Below the pieces are notes generated by a model that was given only the letters and a program-made list of their open reading frames with translations, made no database searches and was not told where the DNA came from. The position numbers were made by a program, and so were the translations under genes. Positions 1 to 13,700 of a DNA stretch of 64,000 nt are shown piece after piece. The first letter of the stretch is position 1, and every line of letters starts with the position of its first letter. The stretch is from Azolla caroliniana (taxonomy: Eukaryota > Plantae > Polypodiophyta), in assembly GCA_043228905.1 (NCBI GenBank), contig JBHGNT010000005.1, positions 22,940,001-23,004,000 on the forward strand, read 5' to 3'.

Positions 1-234
1 GAAAGATATAAAGAGATCACATGAAGAGAGGAATGAAATGATAGGAGAAGAATGAATGTATTAGATAGAATGAGAATGGATACAAGATAGGTGATGAGAG
101 CTTAAGATTGGTGTTGATTCGAATTGTTTTGAGAAGAATTGTATGTCTATATTGATAGGTTCTATAGAATAGCCTAGAGATTTCTATAATGTTCTAGAAT
201 GTCCTAGACCTAGATCTAAGATGTTCTAGGATAT
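1..234 (-). repeat. Partial LTR-like sequence, near-identical to 6230-6468
   Basis: Direct repeat of 6230-6468. The minus strand reads AATTCGAATCAACACCAATCTTAAGC, resembling the R region of the 338-763 LTR. Truncated by the window start. Confidence 0.6.
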
Positions 235-337
235 TCATAATACATGGGTTCCATAGTACATTGTACAACCTTCAAGCATACATGAAATGTCCAATATTGT
301 GACTTCCAATACATGAACTTACCCCTCAACCTACTAG

Positions 338-763
338 TGTCATGATATGGCAAGACTCGAACCCATGACCTTATGCTACATGGGTCAAGCTCTTGACCAT
401 TAGACCATACATTGTAATACATAAAATATTATTTTCATTTATGTTTTATTATAGAAAATTGATGTATATTCTAGATTTCTCTGGAACATTCTAGAAACTT
501 CAGGAGTATTCCTCAGAACACTATAAAAGGAGGCACAAGGCATTATTTCGAACCAAATCGGTTCAACGCCAGTCTTAAGCCTCATAACTACTATTGTACA
601 TTCTCTTCACATAATATATATCTTTCTTATCATCACTCACTCACTCTCTCTCCCTCCCTCCCTCTCACTCACTCTTTCCTTCTCTCGAGAGTTCTTCACC
701 TCTCTTAGTACTAATACTTCTTTTAGTACTAATTCCTTCTCTGTCTTAGTACTGTTCCTGACA
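338..763 (+). repeat. 5' LTR of chromovirus
   Basis: TGTCATG...CCTGACA, TATAAAA at 522-528, highly similar to 5570-6007. Confidence 0.95.
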
Positions 764-765
764 GT

Positions 766-776
766 TTGAACCGATT
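766..776 (+). promoter_or_regulatory. Self-priming PBS (Tf1 type)
   Basis: TTGAACCGATT is the exact reverse complement of AATCGGTTCAA (556-566), 34 nt after the TATA start. No TGG tRNA-type PBS present. Confidence 0.8.
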
Positions 777-856
777 ATGCTCGTTCTTCCTTCCGTATCT
801 TCCTTTCCTCCTCTTCCTTTTATCTTCTTATTAATCCTCTTATCCTCCCTAGTAAA

Positions 857-1996
857 ATGGAAACTGTTAGCGCTTAGGAATACCAATATGTTTTCTCAGA
901 GCTCTAGTGCTTAAAAGAGAAATTTGTAGCACTAGAACAAGAAAATCATCATTTATTGGGGTATCTTCAACAAATAGCGCTGGAAAAACAACAACATGGG
1001 GAGCCGACGTTACGTGTACAACAACTTGAAGCGACTATCGTATCATTACAACAACAAGGATCAAGCACTCAAGGGATTCACAAAGAACCCAAGATTGGTC
1101 TTCCTGCAAAATTTGATGGGCCCCGATCACAGTTTAGAGGGTTTTTGAATCAGGTACGTTTAGTGATACAAATGCATTCTTCTCGATATCCCACCGATGC
1201 ATCACGAGTGGGACTAGTAGGCACTCTCCTTAGTGGCTCGACGTTAGCATGATTTGCTCCATTGTTGGAAAAGGAATCTCCATTACTAAACAGTTTTGAA
1301 GAATTTATAAGTGAGTTTAAGGCCTGTTTTGGAGATACTGATAGCATAAGGACTGCAATCAACAAAATCCGGTGATTACGCCAAGGTGACCGTCCAGCCT
1401 CCGCATACGTTGCAGATTTCCGTCTATTCGCTGCCGATATCCCTTGGGATGATCACGCATTGATGGAGCAATTTTGTTATGGCTTACGCAACGATGTCAA
1501 GGATTTACTCTTGACCTTCCCTGAAGAGCCAAAGTCATTAACAGATGCAATCAGTCGCGCGGTGAGATGTGACAACCGCCTCTTCGAACGACGTTCGGAA
1601 CGACAATTCCAGATTCCGAGGGCAAGATTAGAGCCTACCTATGCCTCAGTGGTAACGAAACCTTTTCCGAGGGAGTCATATAATGCGCCTCCAGTAAGTT
1701 CTCCAACTCCGATGGAAATTGACACCACACGTCGTCGTGGACCACTACCAGAAGAAGAAAAGCAATGACACCGAGCAAACCGACTATGTCTTTATTGTGG
1801 TGGACAAGGGTATATCGCGGTAAACTGTCCCCATAGGCCAAGAAGGCAGGTAAACCAAATAGTTGCAAGTTCTGATTGTACTAACCCCGAGTCTATTTCA
1901 GTAGGGATATCTGATAGTCCTAATAGTACTAATAGCCCAAATCTAGCGAACAAATTTGATGTCCTTAGTCAGTTAGAAGAAGAGTTAAACGATTAA
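857..1996 (+). pseudogene. gag: gag pseudogene with CCHC-like knuckle
   Basis: ORF pieces 956-1252 and 1460-1768 (PAKFDG, FCYGLRNDVKD, PMEID), then CLYCGGQGYIAVNC; in-frame stops; ends TAA 1994-1996. Confidence 0.85.
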
Positions 1997-2028
1997 GTCC
2001 AACCAAAATAGGAGTCGTTTGGTTGGAC
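1984..2028 (+). promoter_or_regulatory. Putative -1 ribosomal frameshift signal (gag/pol)
   Basis: G TTA AAC in gag frame, 6-nt spacer, 11-bp stem GTCCAACCAAA/TTTGGTTGGAC; pol is in the -1 frame. Confidence 0.7.
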
Positions 2029-5000
2029 AACCCTAGATCTGTGCAGCCCATTCGTGGTTCCATTCCCTCTAAGTAAGTTAGCAATGCGTTCGTAGCCCAA
2101 GTAACAATTAGTACTAAAAGTACCCCTCTAGTACATGTCTTAACACTTTTAGATTCCAGAGCTAATTCTTGCTTCATGGATAGGATCTTTGCCCAAGCTC
2201 ATCAAATATCACTCAGAAAACTCCCGTGTCCAGCCTCTGTAGTAGTCATTGATGGTCGTCCCATTGCTTCCGGAAATATCATAGAAGAGTCAGAGCCCGT
2301 TAATATTGTCCTAGATAATCTAGCATGTGTAGTATCATTTAATATAATTAGCATCCCAGAACACCCCATTGTTTTAGGATTACCATGGTTCGAATTACAT
2401 AACCCAGACATAGATGGGAGAACAAGAGAAATCCGGTATCGAAAAGCTCGAGGGTCTACTCATGAGATTGCAACCATTTCGCTACATCAGTTGAAGGAAG
2501 AAGGACGCAAGGAAGAAATGTTTCTCTTCGCAATATCAGTAAAGCCCTCAGACACCATTAAAGAGGAGTCGACCGTTCAACTTCCAAAGAAGTATCATCA
2601 TTACGTCGATGTGTTCGATAAAGTACAAGCCAATACGCTTCCTCACCATCGACCGTATGATTGCCCCATCGATTTACAACCGGGGAAAGAGCCACCATGG
2701 GGACCAATCTACAATTTGTCACCAACCGAGCTAGAAGTCCTGCGAGTCTATATAGAGGAGAATTTAGAAAATGGTTTCATTCGCATTCGAAATCTCCAGC
2801 CGATGCACCCATTTTCTTCGTCAAGAAAAAGGATGGATCACTTCGTCTCGTTGTAGATTACCGTGGCTTGAATAAGGTGACAATCAGAAATAGGTATGCA
2901 GTTCCCCTTATCTCAAGTCTTTTAGAACGGATCAATGGTGCTAGGTTCTTCACGAAGATCGACTTACGGAGCCTCTAACCTTGTACGGATCCGACCAGGA
3001 GATGAATGGAAGACCGCGTTTCGCACTAGATATGGGCACTTCGAGTATACAGTCATGCCGTTCGGCCTCACTAATGCGCCAACAGTCTTCCAACACATGG
3101 CAAATGATATATTCCGAGATCTCTTGGATGTTTGTTTGATCATCGATTTGGATGATCTACTGGTTTATTCAAAGACCCAAGAAGAGCATGATTCTCATGT
3201 ACTGTTAGTACTAAAACGACTTCGAGAACATGGTCTTTATGCAAAGCTGGAAAAATGTAGTTTTGGGTGCAACCAGGTGGAATTTTTAGGCTATGTCATT
3301 TCCTTGGAAGGCATCTCCATGGACCCAACTAAGGTCAAAATTGTGGTAGAGTGGCAAACTCTGCGTTCGGTACGAGATGTGCAATGCTTTTTAGGCTTTG
3401 CAAATTTTTACCGGAAGTTCATATAGGATTACTCAAAGCTCGTTCTGCCTCTCACACAGCTTACCAGGAAGGGACAATCGTTCGTTTGGTCTAAAGAAGC
3501 GGACATGGCTTTCGAGAGTCTTAAAAAGGCATTTACATCGACTCCAATTCTAGCTCATGTCGATCCGGAAAAACCATTCATTATCGAAGCAGATGCATCG
3601 GATTTTGCATTGGGAAGCATTCTGTCACAACGGGGTAATGACGAGAAGCTACATCCTGTGGCTTTTCACTCACGCAAGTTTGACGCCGCTGAAATCAACT
3701 ACGAAATTCATGATAAGGAGCTATTGACAATAGTGGACTCTTTTACGCAATGGAGACATTTTCTAGAGGGATCCTCTCATCAAGTCACCGTATTCAGTGA
3801 CCACAAAAACCTTGCCTACTTTCAGGACGCTCGTGTGTTAAATCGACGTCAAGCTCGGTGGGCCCACTTCCTCACGCGTTTCGACTTCAAAATTACATAT
3901 CGTCCGGGGAAGCACCAAGGGAAGGCAGATGCATTATCACGACGTTCGTACCTAGCACCACGTCCCAACAAGCCAACTTTTGATAACCAAAAGCAAGTAA
4001 TCTTGGGACCGACACGACTGCAAGCAACACAGGTCTTTGGCATGCTAATGGATTCCCACGTTATCGATACTATACGTGAGGACTTGAAGACCGATGCTTT
4101 CGCCCAAGCCATTCTATCACAAATTGATCCCTCTCGAGCATCTGGTTCACAGTTGCAACCATCAGGTACGGACTATTGGCAATTCAAATACCATGATGGA
4201 TTATTATTCTTTAATGAACTCTTGTATGTTCCTAATGGTTCTTGCCGCCTTCGAGTAGTCCAAAACTATCATGAAACATATACAGTTGGGCATTTTGGTA
4301 GTACTAAAACATTAGATTTAGTACAACGATCATTTTGGTGGCCCTGTATGCGACAATTTGTCGAAGATTTTGTTCGGACTTGTGATACATGCTGCAGAGC
4401 GAAAATGCCAAGGCATCATCCATATGGTTTATTAGAACCATTACCAATTCCAAGCAAGCCATGGCAATCCATTGCTCTAGACTTCATCACAGATCTCCCA
4501 GTCTCTAAGGGGTTCAATGCGATTCTAATAATCGTAGATCGATATACGAAGATGGCTCATTTCTTGCCATGTACTAAGGAAATATCCAATGAAGAAACCG
4601 CTGAAATTGTCATGTGTGAAGTATGTTGGCATCATGGCCTTCCCGATAGTATCATCAACAACCGTGGACCCCAGTTCGTATCAAGATTCTGGAAGCACCT
4701 TTTTAAAATGCTCAAGGTCACGTGTAACCTCTCCTTCGGCTACCACCCACAAACGGATGGCCAAGCAAAACAAACAAATCAAACACTGGAGTAGTATCTT
4801 CAATGCTTTCTAAGCTATCATCAGGATGACTGGGTAGATATTCTCCACTTCGCCAAATTTGCCTACAATAACTCTGTCCACGCATTGACTAAAGTTATGC
4901 CATTTTATGTTTATACGGGTTCTCACCCTCGATATAGTGTATTTGAAACCCCAGAGTTGTCTACAAATCCTTGTGTAGAGGATCGTTTAGAGTGGTTACG

Positions 5001-5577
5001 CAAGATACAAGTCAATTTATCTACTCATCTCCAACAAGCTCAACAAACACACAAGGTTTATGCGGATAGTCATCGACTTCCATCCAGTTTTAACATTGGA
5101 GATTGGGTATGGCTACTACGACGACACATCAAGACTACTCGCCCATGCGAGAAGTTGGATTATCGGCGATTAGGTCCTTTCCGTATTATAGGAAAGATTA
5201 ATGATGTCGCTTTTCGTCTTGATCTACCTCCGCAACTTCAGATACATCCGGTGTTTCATAGTTCTCTCCTCGAACCCTATCAAGAGAACACCATCCCAGG
5301 ACGTTTTACACAACGTCCACCCCCGATTGAGCTTGAAGATGGACCTGAGTACGAGGTTGCCGCCATCCTTGATTCCAAGATTGTTCGCAACAAGCTGTAC
5401 TATCTAGTCGATTGGCTAGGATATAGTCCCAGCGAGCGTACTTGGGAACCGATAGAGAATGTGACCAATGCTTGTGCTCTTCTTGAAGACTTCCATTATC
5501 GATATCCAGACAAACCGGGTCCTCAATCCAAAACGACTCGTGACACTCGTCGTTTTAAAGGGGAGATAGTGTCATGA
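1990..5577 (+). pseudogene. pol: pol pseudogene: protease, RT, RNase H, integrase, chromodomain
   Basis: LLDSRANSCF (PR), [13 protein letters not shown] and DLDD (RT), EADASDFALG (RH), H-H-CDTC and LDFITDLP (IN), EYEVAAILDSK...YLVDWLGY...TWEP (chromodomain); several stops and frameshifts. Confidence 0.93.
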
Positions 5578-5861
5578 TATGGCAAGACTCGAACCCATGA
5601 CCTTATACTACATGAGTCGAGCTCTTGACCATTAGACCATACATTGTAATACGTATAATTAAGTATTTTCATTTATGTTTTATTATAGAAAATTGATGTA
5701 TATTCCAGATTTCTCTGGAACATTCTAGAAACTTCAGGAGTATTCCTCAGAACACTATAAAAGGAGGCACAAGGCCTTATTTCGAACCAAATCGGTTCAA
5801 CGCCAGTCCTAAGCCTCCTAGCTACTATTGTACATTCTCTTCACATTATATATATCTTTCT

Positions 5862-5900
<39 letters not shown>

Positions 5901-6007
5901 CCTCCCTCCCTCTCACTCTTTCCTTCTCTCGAGAGTTCTTCACCTCTCTTAGTACTAATACATCTTTTAGTACTAATTCCTTCTCTGTCTTAGTACTGTT
6001 CCTGACA
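5570..6007 (+). repeat. 3' LTR of chromovirus
   Basis: Copy of 338-763 with expanded (CT)n; follows the PPT. Confidence 0.95.
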
Positions 6008-6195
6008 ACTAGACATCCATTCAATCAATTGACCATTTGTAACATTCATTCCCATAGAGATAGTGTTCACACTGGCCAATGGACATCATACTAGGCTAGA
6101 TTTGTAATTAGTAGAAAGGGCACTTGGCCTAGATCAGTTGGTATTTAAACCAACGTTTTGTAACTTAGTTACTGTTGGACGTAATATATAGTTTT

Positions 6196-7022
6196 TGTCA
6201 GAACCAAGAGAAAAGATAGAGTGACAAAAGAAAGATATAAAGAGATCACAAGAAGAGAGGAATGAAATGATAGGAGAAGAATGAATGTATTAGATAAAAT
6301 GAGAATGGATACAAGATAGGTGATGAGAGCTTAAGATTGGTGTTGATTCGAATTGTTTTGAGAAGAATTGTATGTCTATATTGATAGGTTCTATAGAATA
6401 GCCTAGAGATTTCTATAATGTTCTAGAATGTCCTAGACCTAGAATATTCTAAGATGTTCTAGGATATTTTGAAGCACATTTATCTGTTTTCAGTTTATAG
6501 AACGATGAGAGAAGATGGTGGCGGAGGTAGAAGCAAATTTTCATGAGGGTATGAAGGGAGTGGATTGAGTAGAGAACCAGTATCTTCATATGGCAAGCTC
6601 ATTTGGATCATGATGAAATCTTACATGTAGTAGCGATCAAGGAATCATTGTGAAAGAAGGTGTTATTGGCAAAAGATTTGTTTTCATAGATTATAATTAT
6701 CCTTATCTTGCCAAATGCCATCACTTATATTTGGTCCTTTCTTTGATGATATATACTTGTAGAGATGGAAAATATTATATTCTATTTGTATAGTGCCTCT
6801 TGCCTTTTTAATTTTAATACCAATGGAGCATAATTTTTATGGAAAAAAAAGATGTTCTAGGATTTATTCTAGAATGTTCTTGAATGTTCTAGAGTATTTA
6901 CAATAATCAGTGTATTATAAGAAGTAGCTTTTATCATCTCATATGATCATAGGCTATCTTAAGGTTTAGTTTCATGATTATGTATACAAGGTCTTGGGTT
7001 CAAGCCTAGGTGAAGGCATGAT
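6196..7022 (-). mobile_element. Solo-LTR-like relic of a related chromovirus family
   Basis: Starts TGTCAG; right end AAGGTCTTGGGTTCAAGCC...CATGA resembles the reverse complement of the 338 LTR start. TSD not resolved; right end approximate. Confidence 0.55.
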
Positions 7023-7199
7023 GTTTATGTATTCATGAAACTTTCTTATTTTAGAGCTCTCTCTCTCTTTCTCTCTCTCTCTTTTGTCTCATGAGCGTGC
7101 GCATACACACACACACATTAATTTCACAAAACTTATGTATGTTTCCCCATGTCTTTGTCTTAATCTCCCACATCCTCATCTCTTTTGTCTCCCTGGTCC

Positions 7200-7567
7200 A
7201 AGGCCTCGGTGGTCCTATTTGAGTGATACGTGCACGCGAAACTTTGCGAAAACGGATCCTTGCCATCCTAAACATTCATAATCCCTTTGAGTACATGATA
7301 TGTGACTAGACTTCCTCCAATTGATATGTAATTTGGAAGCCAATGCAAATTGGTTCCATACAAGCATCCCCTTCTCAACATTCTCTCGTGAGGCTTGTAG
7401 AAACATGAAAGAATCATTAGCAAAAGTTTGTGCTACTGGTTGCCCTCCAGATGGAGGGTCTAGACCCAGAATGTCACCATTTGTTGCAAGCCTTAATAAC
7501 ATCACTAACAATTGATGAATAATAATAACAAACAACAATGGGCTAAGGGGGTATCCTTGACGAACGC
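7200..7567 (-). pseudogene. L1-type LINE reverse transcriptase fragment (continues at 28096-28135)
   Basis: VRQGYPLSPLLF, FANDS (FADD relic), SKLHINWRKS; the frame rejoins across the 7568-28095 insertion. Confidence 0.8.
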
Positions 7568-8578
7568 TGTCGTGATGATCCGTCATTAGGCGCGGATAGT
7601 GAGGCGAAACCGCCGGGGTTCTGGACCGGAAGGATTCGAAGTTTGTGCTAGGTTTAGCGAGAAGTATTTAAGATAGATTAAGAGAGTTTGATATGGCAAG
7701 AGAGAGATACTGAAATAAGGATTTAACTCTTGATTTTAGATTTGAGAAAGAAGATACATCAACAATAGGGTTACAAGTCTCTTATTTGATCATTCAAAAA
7801 TTTTACATTAGTCCTTTTCATTTTTTTCCTCCCCTCTTTTATAGATGCCCCATGCATTTGAGGGTACAAGACATGCATAAAATGCATGTTTGCCATTTGG
7901 CGCTCATGTATTACATGTGGTGCATGATAACCATGCCACTCATTTTAGCTCTCATGTATGAGAGTTTACATGTAAAGGTATAATGATAAAAATAAAAGTC
8001 CAAGAAAATGTGTTGGCTTAGTGGTAAGCCTATTGACTCTCAACTTGGAGGTGCAAGGTTCAAATCTTTACTTTCCCTCATTGTGTATATGTATAAATAT
8101 TTATCTATTTATTTATCCATCTAGCCGCCGGTTGCCGAATGCCGATTACCGTTCGGTCGTCGGATGCCGGTTACCATCCGGTTCTGTCACCGGATGCCGG
8201 ATGCTAGTTACGTTGCTGGCTCACTGGCTCCGTCGCCGGTTCGGTTTTGGTTGGCCAAAACCTTTGCAAGTAGCCAGGCCACACCCATTCATCCAATAGC
8301 TTAGTTCAAGTCACCTTGAACTCTCTATGCTCCACACATAGACACAAAGATAATAGCTTTTGCTCTACCTTATATATGGTGAGATCCTTATTTGCTGTCT
8401 ATGTGGGATATCTCACAACTTTATTTTTCTGTTTGTCTTTGCAAACTTCCTACCCACATAAGTTGACACTTAGAAGTCCGTTTCTTATGTAGTAAAGTGC
8501 ATCCGAAAGCTCTTCAAGACCTCCATATTTTTGTAGTTTTATGTGATTTTCACACCATTGCCAAAAATCTTCACATCA
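7568..8578 (-). repeat. 3' LTR of Trp-primed gypsy
   Basis: Similar to 27090-28095 along its whole length; adjacent to the PPT. Confidence 0.92.
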
Positions 8579-8650
8579 TCCACCCCCACCAAACCGCACA
8601 TCCTCTAGTACGTGCCAAGAAGAGAGAGTGTGAGATTTTGGCTACGGTGA

Positions 8651-10780
8651 TCAATCAGATTCCTCCACGTCCTCATACACATCCGTCGTACTATCTTCAT
8701 CGTCGAGGTGATCGAGGTCAGGATCCTTGTCTTGTCTTTTCTTGAAAACCTTTACTCTTTTTCCCGTAATGGGTATGGCCAACCTTGATCCATCTAGCTC
8801 CGCAAGGTGGTATGTGGCATTGTCGTTGGCACTTATCACCACATACAGTCCGAACCATCTTCTTGCGAACTTTCTTGTTGTACTGTGTTGATTGTCAAGG
8901 TTGTTGTCGTAGAGCAATACCCAATCTCCTTCTTCGATCTTCTTGGGACGCAGTCGATGCGTCTTGTCGAACCGAATTTTGTTCTTCACTCGGGCTGCCT
9001 CCATCATTTTTTGCGCATGTTCTAGATCTTCAGGTCTCCTTTCAAGTTGCCTTATCCATGCCGCAAATAATTCTTCTCTGCTCATCTCGTTCTCCCATGG
9101 TATCGCTACCCATGAGGCGATCGTCCTTTTGATGGGCATCACCGGCTTTTGTCCATACATAAGCTCCGTTGGCATATACCCTATCACCAAGCTATGTATC
9201 GTTCTGTCGGCCCACAAGGCATAGGGCAATAGTCGTGGCCAATTCCCGACTCGACCGTTGCATGCTCGTACGATGGGTCCATGCCCTCGCTCGATCTTCC
9301 CATTCGCTTCTGGATTGTAGGCAGTCGTGAGGGAGAGCTTCACGCCTAGTCGTTCAAAAAGCTCCGTTGCTTCGTGTGCGTCCTACTCCCCTTGGTCGAC
9401 GACTATCTTCCCCACACATCCATATCGGCAGACAACCTCTTCAGGTAGAAATTTGCAAACAACTGACGTTATCTTATTTGTCAAGGCTCGCCCTTCCACT
9501 TGATTTATCAAGTCTTCTCTTGCCAGAGCTTAATACTTCATTTGTCCCACTCCCATTGGCATTGAGACCAGATTCACCATCCATTTGAAGTGTATGGTGA
9601 GCGGGTATGTCGCATGTAGCTCATCACGATGACGTATATTCGAATGTACTTGGCATGTTTCGCATATGGACACAAAATGGAGTACATCTTTGTACATGCT
9701 TGGCCACCAGTACTTCTCCTTCAACTTCTTGAACGTCGCCCATGTTCCTCTATGACCTGCCTAGGCACTCTCGTGGAATTCGGTCATTAACGTCACTTGC
9801 TCTTCTTTCTTCACCACCACTTGACGTGGTATTCTTGTCCTTCTTTTTGGGTGTCGCCAAAGGAAGCCTCCCTTCAAGAAGTATTGGTAAGCTTTCTTCT
9901 GGATTCGTAGAGCCTCCTCCTTTGTCAACGAAGCATCTGTTGTCATTGTTCTTAAGAATCTGCCGATCAATAACCGCTCTCCTTCGTACTCGTCCTCGTT
10001 GAAGGTATGGAGGGTTAGCGTGTCCTTGTCTTTCGCCGATAATCGAGCCATCTTGAAGAAGTCGAGGGTGACGTCTTCATCTTCCGAAACCATGTCACTT
10101 TCACTTTCAAATCTTGCCCTTGATAGCATATCAGCCATGGTGTTCTTCTTACTTGCAATGTGGCGGATCTTTGGGCTTAAAGACCTGATATAGGCGATCC
10201 ACCTTAGCATAGCTAAATCTAGGGTCGCACATCTCGATATCATTTCGAGGATTGTGAGACAATATGTCTCTGTTATCACTTCCGACCCGATCAGGTAATC
10301 TTCACTGCCAACACAATACCCCAAAGTTCCTGCTTGACTTGGGCGTATCTTTGTTGCCGTTCGCTGAGAACTTTTGCTCCGAACCGGATGGCATACCGTG
10401 CATTATCTTCTCCTTCTTGGTTGATGACCCACCCGATTCCGGTTGGGCTCGTATCTATAGTCACATAAATCGGCTTTCCTTCCATGTAGTTGGCCTTTCT
10501 TAGTGCTGGAGCTTCAAGAAGTAGTTTCTTCAATCTTCGCATTGCGTTCGTGTGCTCGTCTCGCCATCAGAACTTCATTCTTTTCTTTAGCAATCCATAT
10601 AAAGGCTTAGCGACATGGGCGTAGTGCGGAATCCATAAATGGTAAAATGCGCATGCTCCAAGGAACTTCGAACCTCCGTTTGGTTTACGCATTCTTCTTT
10701 CATGTCCTGGATCGCATTCACCTTTGATGGCGAAGGCTTCCGGCCATATGCTCCACATAAGTGACCTACCACCAAGATCT
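8651..10780 (-). pseudogene. pol: gypsy pol 3' part: RT end, RNase H, integrase
   Basis: FLGACAFY, IDTSPTGIGW (RH), KYWWPSMYKDV...CETCQ, TTAYNPEANGKIER (IN); fragmented. Confidence 0.88.
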
Positions 10781-13700
10781 TGTTGAGGAATCGACGGTTT
10801 CAAAACCCTTCGTCGCTCGGCCACAACCGAGGAAACACGAGTCAGTGCAGTAGTAAAACCAAAAAAAACAGAGAGAAACTCGACTACACAGGGTTTAGCG
10901 TGGAAAGCCCTAGACGGGAAAAACCACGGGAGTGCAAGACTCCAACTATCACTATACGCAGGGAATGTACAATGGCGAGCTGCAAGGCAACGACCTTGAG
11001 CTCGCTGTCCTCGCCACAGGCGGCGGTATTACACAGAGGCGTCGACCTCTTCCTTTCTCTCTCTCTCTCTCCGGCTGTTCTCACTTCGCTCCCTCTAAGT
11101 GGAAAACAGAAAAATGAGCAACAAACAACACACAACAAAACTGTTTGCCCTAAGTCATATTTATACACATATGACTTTCGGGCTATTTACAAATATAGCC
11201 TCAAGGGCCCTTGGCAAACATATTCACAAATATGTCCCCGCATCCGGATCTCTCTCCGGGTACATTCGTCATCCGGTTCCGGAGCCAGGGTCTTCATCAT
11301 CCGGATCCGGAACCGGGTCTTCATCATCCGGCTCCGTAGCCGGGGTCTTCATCCGGCTTCATGCCGGGTACTCTGGTTCCGTAACCGTAACCGGGCTTGC
11401 CGTCATTCATTTCCGGACATCCCATCCGGAGGGACCGAAATCCCAACAAACTCCCCCTTCACTTCGGCATGGGATGTCTCTCCAATCCGATCCTCTTCCG
11501 GCATGCTTCCAGCTTGTCGGGTGTGAGCACCTTGGTCAGCATATCCGACCCGTTCTCGTCCGTGTGGATCTTCGTCAGCACGAACTCCTTGTCTTCTATC
11601 CTTTCCCGGATCCAGTGATATCTTCGCTGGATGTGCTTCGTCCGGGAGTGATAGGCTGCGTTCTTCGCAAGGTGGATGGCACTCTGACTGTCGCAGTAGA
11701 GTCGGTACTCCTCCTGCCGGATACCGAGCTCTCTAATGAAGTCCTTCATCCATATTATTTCCTTGCCGGCTTCAACAGCCGCCATGTACTCCGCCTCCGT
11801 GGTTGACAGCGCAACCATCTTCTGCAGCCTCGACTGCCACGAAACAGCTCCCCCTGCATACGTCATCACATACCCTGATGTGGACCGGCTGGTATCTGCA
11901 TCAGCCGACATATCAGAATCGGTGAAGCCGTTGAGTTCGGGCTTACCGGAGCCGAATCGGAGGCACATGTTTGTCGTGCCCTTCAGGTATCGGAGTATCC
12001 ACTTGACCGCGTTCCAGTGCTCTTTGCCGGGATTGCTCATGTACCGGCTCACCACTCCGACTGCATATCCTATGTCCGGTCTTGTACACACCATTGCGTA
12101 CATCAAACTTCCGGTGGCAGAGGCATATGGTACTTTCATCATGTCCTCCTTCTCAGCCTTTGTCTTGGGGCTTTGCTTGCTGGACAACTAGTTTGCCGGG
12201 AGGGTTGACCCGACCGGTCTTGCTTCCGACATGTTGAACCGTTGAAGCACCTTTGTCACGTACTTCTCCTGTGACAGCCATAACTGCTTCTTCCTCCGGT
12301 CGCGGATGATGTGCATCCCTAATATTTGCCTCGCCGGACCCAAGTCCTTCATTGAGAAGGTTCGGTGAAGAGCCTTCTTCAGCATCCGTATCTTGACCTG
12401 GTCCCGTCCGACGATCAACATGTCGTCCACGTACAGGAGGAGTATTAGAAAGTCTCCTCCTTCGAACTTCTTCACAAACACGCAGTGATCGGACTGCGTT
12501 TTGTGGTACCCTTCGTCGGTCATGAAAGAGTCGAACTTCCGGTACCATTGCCGGGGAGCCTGCTTCAGTCCGTAAAGGCTCTTCTTCAACCGGCATACCA
12601 GGTGCTCCTTCCCTTTCTTCTCGAATCCTTCCGGTTGCTGCATGTAGATCTCTTCTTCGAGGTCACCGTGAAGGAATGCCGTCTTCACGTCCATCTGTTC
12701 TACCTCGGGGTCCATGCTTGCCGCTATGCTCAGCACCGTCCGGATGGAGGTCATCTTCACTACCGGGGCAAATATCTCGTTGAAGTCGACGCCCTTCTTC
12801 TGCTGGAACCCTTTCACCACGATCCTGGCTTTGTATCTCGGGGGGTTTCCGGCATCTCCCGGTTTCAGCTTGAACACCCACTTGTTTCGAAGTGCCCGCT
12901 TTCCTTTCGGCAACTCCACAAGTTCATATGTGTGGTTCTCATGCAGGGAATCCATCTCCTCCTGCATGGCACTTATCCACCTGCGGCTATGGGCGTCAAG
13001 CTTTGCTTCTTCAAAACTCTCCGGCTCCCCCTCGTCGGTTAGCAGCACGTGCTCTGGTTCCGGAAATCTCCGGGGGACCCTTCTCTCTCTTAGAGGATAT
13101 CTCCGTTCCGGAGCTTCGGTAACCGGCTCCTCCGTTTCCTCTTCATCCGAATCCATTTCGGGATCGGGGCCGGTTCCGGTATCAGTTTCATCTTCCTCGG
13201 CCGGTTCTGTTTCTTCACCGTCTTCGGCCGGATCCTCGAGTGCTAACCGGTCCCTTGCCGGTCGGGACTACTCCTCGTAGAGTTGATCCTCACCAGTCGA
13301 CTTGGAGCTCTTCATCTTCTTCTCCGACTCCCAGTCGGCGAGTGTCTTGTCCTCCATGAAGATGATATCTCGACTCCTGAATATCTTCTTGTCGACCGGG
13401 TCCCATACTCGGTAGCCGAACTCGTCGTTGCCGTAACCGAGGAATATGCATGGCCGGGTCTTTGGATCTAGCTTTCCTCTCCGGTCCTTTGCCACATGCA
13501 CATATACGAGACACCCGAACACCTTTAGATGCCGGTAGGACACTTCCTTACCGGTCCACACCCTCTGTGGCGTGTCTCCATCCAGGGGTACTGAGGGTGA
13601 TCTATTTATCACGTATGTCGCCGTCGACATTGCCTCAGCCCAAAACCCCTTGGGTAATTTCGCATGCGCCAGCATACTCCGGACCCTCTCCATTATGGTC

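Larger units (their letters stand above)
338..6007 (+). mobile_element. Full-length degenerate Ty3/gypsy chromovirus (Tcn1-like) LTR retrotransposon
   Basis: TG...CA LTRs at 338-763 and 5570-6007; 5-bp TSD ACTAG (333-337, 6008-6012); PPT AAAGGGGAGATAG 5557-5569; gag-PR-RT-RH-IN-chromodomain order. Confidence 0.96.
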
